Part shown: positions 55,491-63,983 of the stretch, piece after piece
How the letters are laid out: each line of letters starts with the position of its first letter
Numbering within the stretch: the first letter of the stretch is position 1
Assembly (NCBI RefSeq): GCF_001194135.2
Contig: NC_068999.1
Coordinates: 32,767,910 to 32,831,892 of the forward strand
Direction: 5' to 3'
DNA from: Octopus bimaculoides
Taxonomy: Eukaryota
DNA length: 63,983 nt
Program-made: the position numbers and the translations under genes
The notes under the pieces: model-generated
What the model was told of the DNA's origin: nothing
Seen by the model: the letters and a program-made list of their open reading frames with translations, nothing else
The model's database searches: none

Positions 55491-55894
55491 ATATACTATG
55501 TATACGTTTATCGTATTTCACTGTCTTTTCCATTTCTTTTTCCCTGTCCATCATGTAAATCCCACACAAATTGTCGTCTGTCCTTGTGATATTTTCCTTA
55601 TCTATGCTCTATGGCTAATAAAAGGAATTATTATTATTGTTATATTTTACTTCTCAGAGCTCTTGATCATGCTTGATCCAGTTAATTCTGTGAGAGCAGA
55701 CAGCAACCTGTTGTCAAAGGTCTCACAGGGTCTTTCAGGGCCTCTTTCTATGAGTTATAATACTCGGTACCTAAATGTTAAGTATCATGGAAGATACTAA
55801 ACACCCAAAAAACAATCTCAAAATCTTCATTGTTCCCATTAGAGCAGTTTTTTGAGCATGCTCTATCTTCATGTCAATTCTAATTTCTCCATCA

Positions 55895-55938
<44 letters not shown>

Positions 55939-56078
55939 TAGTGTGTTAGAGAAGAAGAGATGTGATTGTCTGTAGATTCTTCCAGATTGGTGTGATTCAT
56001 GTGGTTGGTGTTCAAGTTGAGAGAGAGAGAGACTAATTAGTGCAGAAGTTACCAGAGGGTGGAGGGTCACAACAATAT

Positions 56079-56465
56079 CTTTTATCTTTTACTTGTTTTA
56101 GTCATTTGACTGTGGCCATGCTGGGGTACCACCTTGAAGGGTTTTAATTGAAAAAAAATCAACCCCTGGACTTATTTTTTAAGCCTCATTCTTATACTGT
56201 TGGTGTCTTTTGCCATACTGTTAAGTTACAAGGATGGAACCACACCAACACCTGTTGTGAAATGGTGGTCTGGGACAAAAACACACACACACACATGTAT
56301 ATATGATGGCCTCCTTTCAGGTTCCATCTACTAAATCCACTCACAAGGCTTTGGTCGGCCTGAGGCTATAGTAGAAGACACTTGCCCAAGATGCCGTGCA
56401 GTGGAACTGAACCCAGAACTATGTGGTTGGGAAGTAAGTTTCTTACCACACAGCCACTCCTGCAC
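56079..56465 (-). mobile_element. SINE family A, full length
   Basis: All family segments in order, from tail cttttacttgttttagtcatttgactgtggccatgctgg to head ttaccacacagccactcctgcac. Confidence 0.9.
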
Positions 56466-58358
56466 AATAGTAGACAAGGTTGCTGTAAGGGTGGGTGGAG
56501 TTACTGCTGCAGTGGGCAGAGTTAGTGTAGTGATGAGTGAAATTACTGCAGTGATAGGTGGGGTTGATGTGCAGTGGTTGGTGGTATTGCTGCATGGTCA
56601 ACATCAGAACGCTTGTAAATCTAGTCAACCATCACTGTAGCTACAATCAGAATCGGAAACCACCCACCAACTCCACTTTTACCACTTCCTGCACTATTAT
56701 CTTTATTCACACCACTACCATTATCTCTGTCATGACTTCAGACATCAGCACCACCACCATCTCCACCAGTGTAGCCACTCATCACCACCACCACCACCAC
56801 CATCAATATTAACGACTGGCATTAGTGACATTGTTACATTTTACAGTTTATATATGTTACAAATGTGTGTGTACACACAACACAGACACTTATATAGATG
56901 TGTCTGTGTCCATACATGTATATGTTGTGTAATGTCTGTGTATCAACATATACATACAAATGCGCGCACACACACACATGCATGCACATATGTATGTGAG
57001 TTAATCTGTGCACACATTCACGCACAGACAGACTTGTGAATTTGGAGAGTCTTAAGAGTAGAGCAGATCTGGTAGACTTTAATCTGGCATCTCTTTACCA
57101 TTGTTTGTTGATTACACCTCTGGCAGGTTGCCAATAATGACAGGAGGCCCGCAGCTTTGCTATTGACACTGCAGGTATCACAAAGCTCTATCAGAATCCC
57201 ATCAGTACAGGACACCACACACTGATACACATACATAAATATCATATACTCTTTATCAATACTGCGATCATAAAGTTGATCCTGGAGTGTGAGAGTGGGG
57301 GCTCTATCTCATAGAAATCTCATCAGCCACATTTTGGAGATTTTAATGCTTTGTTTCCATAGATGATGGCTTATCAAAACATCAAGTAGATCAATATACA
57401 ATGATAAGTGTGTGCGTGAGCACACACACACGCACACACACACACACATATCATGTGATCAACTAGACTATCGGATGTTGTACATTGCTAGTCACAATTC
57501 ACTTTGCATTGTTTTAGCTTTTGAACGATGCCACTCTGCTGGCTAGGCAGGTGGGCCAACATTCCCCCTGATCAAAAGACAGCTGAGGGGACTAGTGCAA
57601 CATGAAATGAAGTGTTTTGCACATAAACACAGTGCACTGCTCAATCTTGGAATTGAACCTACAATCATTAGACACTGTGTGCAACACTCTAACCACTAGG
57701 CCATGCACCTTCACATATATATATTCATAATTATCATCATTGTGCATCCAGTTTCTGTACTTGGAAAAGTTGCTAATGTCAGAATTGGACTCCTAGATGG
57801 GTAGTTGGAGGACCAAGTCTTATGTCATTTTACCTTAGTTTTTATAGGTGTATGTCAGTCCTATCACCAACCACTTTACGGAGTGCACTGGATGCATTTT
57901 ATTAGGCCACCATCACAAGTGATGTTGCTTTGTATGCAGCAAAGCAAAGGAGTACTCGCAACTCTGTTTGTCCTCGACAGAGGAGTGAGTGTATGATAAG
58001 GAAACATGAAACATAGTAATTGGATTGAAAAAGTTGAAGAGGGAGAGATTAGGAGGACACTGTTTAGAAGGAGGAATAAAAGAGAGATAGTAATCGTTGA
58101 AAGCAGACAATGTATGGCAGAGGATAATAGCACCTTTGTATTTGCTAATCAGAGGGTGTGGTGTATGTCACTAGGAATGCCCCGCAAGAGAAGTTGTGGT
58201 TAGTAGTACTGGAGAGTAATGTTGGTTTCAAAGTTTGGCTCAAGACCAGCAATTTTAGGGAGGGGATAAATTAGTTACATCATCCGCAGTGTTCAACTGG
58301 TACTTATTTACATTATTTACAATGGGCAGACAGGTGTCCTCACCTTGTTTGTTGTGAT

Positions 58359-58400
58359 CACAGCATTTCGGCTGATGTACTCTCCAGCCTTCATCAGGTG
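58359..58400 (-). ncRNA. Minimal hammerhead motif in the PLE 3' end, decayed at stem III
   Basis: CAC-CTGATGA-a-GGCTG.gagagtacat.CAGCC-GAAA-TGCT-GTG. Intact core and 5-bp stem II; ATGC where palindromic ACGT is expected. Confidence 0.7.
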
Positions 58401-58507
58401 TTTTGATGGAATTTTGAACCCAACCCTTTATTTGACTAATGGGGTACACTGTTCTCATTCCTAAGGTATGTTGCTGATGTTATTTTTCTGTTGATATTAT
58501 TTTTCAA

Positions 58508-58575
58508 GTCCCTGCCTGGAATTGAACTTAAAATCTGAGTGTTAGTAGCCCATGCTCTTATCCACTATGCTATAT
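58508..58575 (-). promoter_or_regulatory. tRNA-like Pol III internal promoter (A and B boxes) inside the PLE 3' end
   Basis: A box TAGCATAGTGG (58572-58562), B box GTTCAATTC (58527-58519), anticodon-loop-like CTACTAA between them. Confidence 0.7.
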
Positions 58576-58619
58576 AGAGTGAATTTTAGGGCTTATAAAC
58601 CTAGTATTTTATCGTTTCT

Positions 58620-59760
58620 TAATACTGGTCTGCTTAGGCTATTATGTCCTAGCATATGTGCAGCCTCTTAATTTTCATATTTTCCAGTGGTCTTCCCTGA
58701 TGATTATTTTAACTTCATCCCACAGCAAGAGGCAGTCTCCGTTTTTCCATACATGATCGGCTATACCCAATTTTTCAACATCCCCTCATGCCACAGTTTT
58801 ATGATGTTCCTCTACCCTTACTTTAAGGGGGCAGCATATTTCACCTTTGTATAACCTACCACAGCTGCATGGGATAGAGTACACACAGTTTTTGGTCATA
58901 TTCTCTTCTATGGGTGGTTTTACATGGAGAAGATATTTGTGAAGTATTATATTACTTCTGAATACTGTCCTGGTGCCATATGGACCGCATCTCTTTTGTA
59001 TCTTTTCCAAGAGGCCTTTGACATAGGGCAGATCGACTGTGCTCAATTTATGGATTTCATCCTTCCTCCTCTTCCTAATTGGAGTCGATGATATGTTCTT
59101 TGAATAGTTGTTGCTTAGCAGATTGTTTCTTAGCCTTATCATTTCTTCCTGGTGTGTATCAGGATCGCTATTTATAGTTTTTTCTCAATGTTTTAGGCAC
59201 TGAGAAATCCCTCTCTTTATACTGTATGGATAGTGGGAATTGAAGTCGAGAGGTATTGTCCAGTGAAGGTTGACTTGTGGTATACAAATGTCCTGAACTC
59301 ATACTTAGTGCATGTTATTAATACATTCAGGAATGCCAGCTGATTGTCCTTTTCCTTTTCCATTGTGAACTATATGGATGGCATTATTGAGTTCACATAA
59401 TCTAGTAGTACTTGGACATCCTCCTGGTGGGGCCAGTGAATGAAGGTGTCATCTATATATTGAAGCCATAGGTTTGGCTTTAGTGCTGTTGATTCTAAAG
59501 CCAAATTCTCAAAGTATTCCATGTATATATTGGCTATTACTGGTGATAATGGCGAACCCATAACTAAACCCTCATTCTATCGATATATATCAGTACCTGC
59601 TCTGAAGGAGGTAGTTTCTATGCAGAAAGTCAACATTTCCATCAAGTTTTCTATTGGTATACTAGTGTGTTCTTTTAAAGCGGTATCCATCACTAGTTTG
59701 TCTTGAATCACTGATAGTGATTCAAGTTGGGACTTCATTAGTTGGGACTTTGGTAAACAG
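58620..59760 (-). pseudogene. Penelope-type RT-thumb-GIY-YIG ORF, frameshifted
   Basis: Motifs LFTKVP, MGSPLSPVIANIYMEYFE, QYIDDTF, LPYVKG, VYSIPCSCGRLYKGE, GIADHVW...LWDEVKII, with stops and frameshifts. Confidence 0.92.
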
Positions 59761-61779
59761 ACTTACTAAAATATAAAATGGTACTTATTTAATCAACCCC
59801 AGAGGGATGAAAGGCAAAGTCAACCTCAGTGGAACTTGATCTCAGAACGTAAAGATGGCTAAAATGCCACAAAGCATTTTGCCTGATGTGCTAATGATTC
59901 TGCCAGCTCGCTGCATTACTAGGGGGTAATGTTAACTAGCTGAAGAGAGTGTGATGAATAGACAATGATGCGTGAGTGAATAGTCATTAACCATAGAGGT
60001 AAGTAGAGGCTTCTTGAATCAATGCTCTGAGTTTTGTGTTGCTGATTTTACAAATGATTGTTGTAGTGAAGAAATATTACAATATATAAGCAAATAATAT
60101 TTGTAAGCACATGGAATTATGATTATTTATTGCAATTTTATTGGTTGCTAAAAAAATATTAGAAAATATGTCACACCTACATCTATTTAGTTGTCATTCA
60201 CAGAGCTTGTGTTCATAAAGAAATGAGTGTTTTTCCCTTCCTTTTCTCATCATTTTTTTAAGATATGGTAAATCTGTTTACTGGGTTTTTGATGTGGCTT
60301 TCAGGTGGCAAGTGTTAAAGGAAATAGATTATTTCAGCTAGTTGGTAGTTGGAAATTTCCCAATATGTATAGATGGAGTTGTTTGTAAGAATTCACCAAT
60401 TCTAATGTTTTATTCAAAATTGCAAGACCATTATAGAATGTTGTATTTCTCTGAAAGCTAAAAAAAAAGAAAATGACACCTTCTGGAGCCATTAATGTAG
60501 AAATAAGCCTGTAACATATGATTAGCATTCAAGAGGGAGGTTTGAAGTGGATGATGTGTGTGTGTGTGTGTGAGAGAGAAAGAGAGAGAGAGATACTTTG
60601 CTTATAATTCAGAGGTGGGGAAGTGGTGGATGACATGTTGGGTGATACAATATAACTGAAGTGTTGGTAGTTGTTGTTGTTGTTTAGCCCAAGGTCAGAC
60701 CTGATTTGACAGTTGTTCCAACTATGATTTTTTTGTAAGCAAAAATTAAAACAAAGAAAATTATCTGTTTGTATATCCAATAATGACTTTCTATTTTAAT
60801 GATGTTAGGGTATGATTTGAGGGAATTTGGTTACTATTTCTTGCAAATGAGTTTCTGTAGTTGCTCACTTATTGGTTCAAAACAACTGCTGAGTTGGTGA
60901 GAATGTAGTGGGGGAGTATCTTTAGTATAGTTGGTAGATTTTCATAATACAGGGTATTGGTATCTGTTGCATAGAGGATAGTAGACCAAGGAAGGTATGG
61001 CAACACTAATGCAGTTAGATCTGAGATTGTTGGGCTTTGATTTAAAACCAGCTTAAAGAGTGACGATATTTGGTGACGTAGACATATCCAACCCATGCAG
61101 TGAATGTGGAAAAATAGAACCACAGCAATGATGATGATTATTATCACAATCATCATCATCCCTATTTTTATATTGTTTACATAACTCCCTCCCCCTCTCT
61201 CTTACCCTCTTGCTCTTTACCTTCATTGGACCAAAATCCTTCTATCTAGTATTCCTAGGTACATTCATACAAAATAATTATTGGATTCCTTTAAAGAATC
61301 TACCTCAATTTTGGATGAATTTAAATTTTACTGTTTTAATTTTTTAATAATTCTTTTACTGCTTCCTTTACCCCTGTTTCAGCTGTGTCTTTCTATTTCT
61401 TACTTTCATGTCATCTATAGAAGGATATCCATCATGTTCTCATCCAGTTAGAAATTTCTTTTGAAAATCATTGAAATATGTTGGTTGTTGATATGAAATC
61501 ATTGCAATTAACAAGATTATTGATAAATTATTGGTAATGATTAGTTGATATCTGTATTAGGGAGTTGAAGATTTAACTGTCCCTGCACTTGAAAGAATGT
61601 TAATGGCTGTTCTTTACTCTGTGTGTGTGTAGGCATATGTGTTTCTACACACAAATTTGAAGGAAGGTTTATATACATATCTTTGTACCTGTATACATAT
61701 CTCTATATATGTGTGTGTGTTGATATGGGAATAGGCATGTGTGTATGTGGGTGTATGTTCTTATTTCCCTGTATGTACA

Positions 61780-62965
61780 CAGACATAACAGAAATAAATA
61801 GACACTCCTATAATCAAAATTTATTAAAATCTGATATTATATATTCAAATTATTTATTACTTATTATAGTATGAATATTTAATATTTAGTAGACATGCCC
61901 TTTGCATTTTTCAGTGCAAGGACCCTATAAGGCATGCTACTGATCGGATGACGAATATTCTCTTGTTGAATTTCTTGCCAAGTTTCACGCAGTAATTTCA
62001 AAAGATCTGGCTTTGAAGATGCTTTCTTGTTCTTTTATGAAGTGTCCTGTCCATTATGTCCCAGAGATGTTCAATAGGGTCCATATCTGGTGACTGGCTT
62101 GGGCATGGAAGCTTTTTAATGCCATTCTCATCCAACAAATTTTGTGTCATTTTAGCCATGTGACAAGGAGCCCCATCTTTCATGAATAAAGGCTCTTCTT
62201 TAATCATTTCACCACTGGAGAAGATTGGAAGGAGTCCTTTCTGCATTATGGACATATATTTATCTGAGTTTATGTTTCCCTCACACTCCACCAGCACTGA
62301 CTGACCATTGCTCTAAATCATTCCCCAGACCGTCACAGAATAGCTGCCTTGTTTCATTGTTGGCTGCAATCTTTTCACATCAAATTCTTGACCAGAGTCG
62401 CCAGACCCACACTCAACCACTGTCAGAAAATACAGCACATCTGGACTCATCAGAGAATATGACAGTGTCCCAAAATGCTAGTGAACTTTCCACCACCTCA
62501 CTGGCCCAATCTTTTCTCTACTTGATATTGGCTGCTCAAAAAAGTGGCTTCTTTCTTACTGCTCTGCCATAGTAACCAAGTTTGTTGAGATACTTGACAG
62601 CTGTTCTGGGACTGACTCAACTTGTTCTCCTATGTCAGAGGACTTGCAACAAGGATTATCTTTCACACTTCTCTTAGCAAAGAGAAGGGTCCTGTCAGAG
62701 TGCCCTGGTTGATCTGGACGAGATGATGTGGACTCCTTCCTCTCTCTGGTGAATTGCACAATCACTCTATTAATTGTAGAATGTGGAATTCCTAGGTTTT
62801 CTACAATTTTACACTAAGTCCACCTTCAGATTGATCCATAATACAGCCTCTTTGAAATTCATACAGTTGCAAGGCTTCTTTTGTACATGGCATGATTAAA
62901 CAGTCACATATAGAACCTGAAACATAAAAATGTCAATTAATATAAACTATAAACTGTCATGTCTG
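61780..62965 (-). mobile_element. Probable extent of the Tc1 element
   Basis: Short inverted ends cagacataacag (61780-61791) and ctgtcatgtctg|TA (62954-62965). The left TA is not preserved. Confidence 0.55.
61879..62894 (-). pseudogene. Full-length decayed Tc1 (DD34E) transposase
   Basis: HTH N-terminus ([12 protein letters not shown]), RAVRKKP, FWDTVIFSDES, FMKDGAPCH-(34 aa)-E in SPDMDPIEHLW, C-terminal SMPYRVLALKNAKGMSTKY*; several frameshifts. Confidence 0.92.
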
Positions 62966-62973
62966 TATATATA

Positions 62974-63461
62974 TTGGGTTGGCCAAAAAGTTCGTTCAGT
63001 TTTTTTTTTTTCTGCTGATGCTAAACTTCAAACACTCTAATAAGCAGCTAGCTTCTATCTGTCCTTCAAGCATGTACAGTTGTTAGATACTTGACACTTC
63101 AACATAGCTGAACATAAACTTTCAGTGCTTGGGATCACCTTGAAAATGGTGAGCTAAAACAAATGTTACTGGCACCTCATGCTTTTTTTTTTTAAATAAA
63201 GGCAAGAATGCAGTGGAAACCTGCTGGAAGATATGCATAGTGTATGGAGAGGATGCTGTTAGTGAACGTGTGCCAGAAATGCTTTTCAAGGTTTCAGTTT
63301 GGGAAATTTTGTGATTTAATATGCACCTCTCTCTGGTCAGCCAACTGAAATTAACAGTTCTAAGTGAAGGAGTTAGTCAACACCAACCTCCATTATAAGG
63401 CCTGAATGAATGCAGATATTCTCCAGATATCTAAATCAAGTGTTAGAAACCACCTTCGACA
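62974..63461 (+). mobile_element. mariner 5' fragment (TIR plus decayed N-terminal transposase)
   Basis: TA|ttgggttggccaaaaagttcg TIR-like start. From 63146: HLMLFFF..KGKNAVETCWKICIVYGEDAVSER...FSRF...SGQPTEI, similar to the mariner HTH region; truncated by a LINE-like tail. Confidence 0.8.
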
Positions 63462-63728
63462 CTGGCATGGACTGGTTGGTTTGATCAGAGCTAGCAAGCC
63501 AGAAAGCTGCACCAGAGTCCAGTCTGATTTGGTCCTGTTTCTGATGCTGGATGCTCTTCCTAATGCTAACCACTTTTACTGTGTGTGCTGGGTGCTTTAA
63601 ATGTGGCACTAGCACAACTGCTTTTTATGTGGCACCAGCGCAGAATTCTTGCAGGCCAATCCTCTTCACCAGGGAATGTTGCCTTAACACTTCTACAGTG
63701 GAGAACTAGTATATATATATATATATGT

Positions 63729-63983
63729 GAAGGTGCATGGCTCAGTGGTTAGAGCATTGAGCTTACGATCGTGAGGTTGTGAGTTCGAATCCCGGACCAG
63801 GCTGCGTGTTGTGTTCTTGAACAAAACACTTTATTTCACGTTGCTCCAGTTCACTCAGCTGTAGAAATCAGTTGCGACATCGCAAGTGCCAAGCTGTATC
63901 GGCCTTTGCCTTTCCCTTGGATAATACTGGTGACGTAGAGAGGGGAGGCTGGTATGCATGGGCAACTGCTGGTCTTCCATAAA
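63729..63983 (+). mobile_element. SINE family C, cut by the window end
   Basis: A box tggctcagtgg and B box gttcgaatcc intact; collinear with 51351-51660. Confidence 0.9.

Larger units (their letters stand above)
58310..59778 (-). mobile_element. 5'-truncated Penelope-like retroelement (RT + GIY-YIG + tRNA-like box + hammerhead), inserted into a family B SINE
   Basis: 12-bp TSD tggtacttattt at 58298-58309 and 59779-59790. The two halves of SINE B lie on either side (about 58210-58309 and 59779-59915). Confidence 0.9.

Noticed and set aside
63729-63800. tRNA gene (also 58508-58575 and other SINE heads)
   Set aside because: A and B boxes are present but acceptor and anticodon stems are incomplete, and the sequence continues into repeat bodies; these are SINE or TE heads.

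Overview
AT-rich, microsatellite-saturated animal DNA from a gapped scaffold with ten N runs, most flanked by (TA)n/(CA)n/(CT)n. The repeat content points to a cephalopod, probably Octopus (inference). The only host coding sequence I can support is one 48-nt plus-strand exon at 30959-31006 (VDFEQDWEYEEIALER). It matches the short exon just before PDZ1 of discs-large (dlg1/PSD-95 family), so most of the window is probably giant intron. The rest is transposon debris: at least four tRNA-derived SINE families, LINE-like 3' tails, piggyBac-, hAT- and Tigger-type MITEs, a full-length decayed Tc1 (DD34E), an internally deleted maT-type (DD37D) element, a mariner 5' fragment and two Penelope-like retroelement (PLE) remnants. 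The most interesting signal is a set of type I hammerhead-ribozyme (HHR) motifs at seven loci (eight copies). Three sit in PLE 3' ends or related sequence, one of them directly downstream of a tRNA-like Pol III promoter. One lies in an unclassified segment between microsatellites, one in a 552-bp TSD-bounded non-coding element with tandem plus inverted repeats, and the rest in two ~200-bp near-perfect palindromes. All folds were done by eye and no ribozyme activity is shown.
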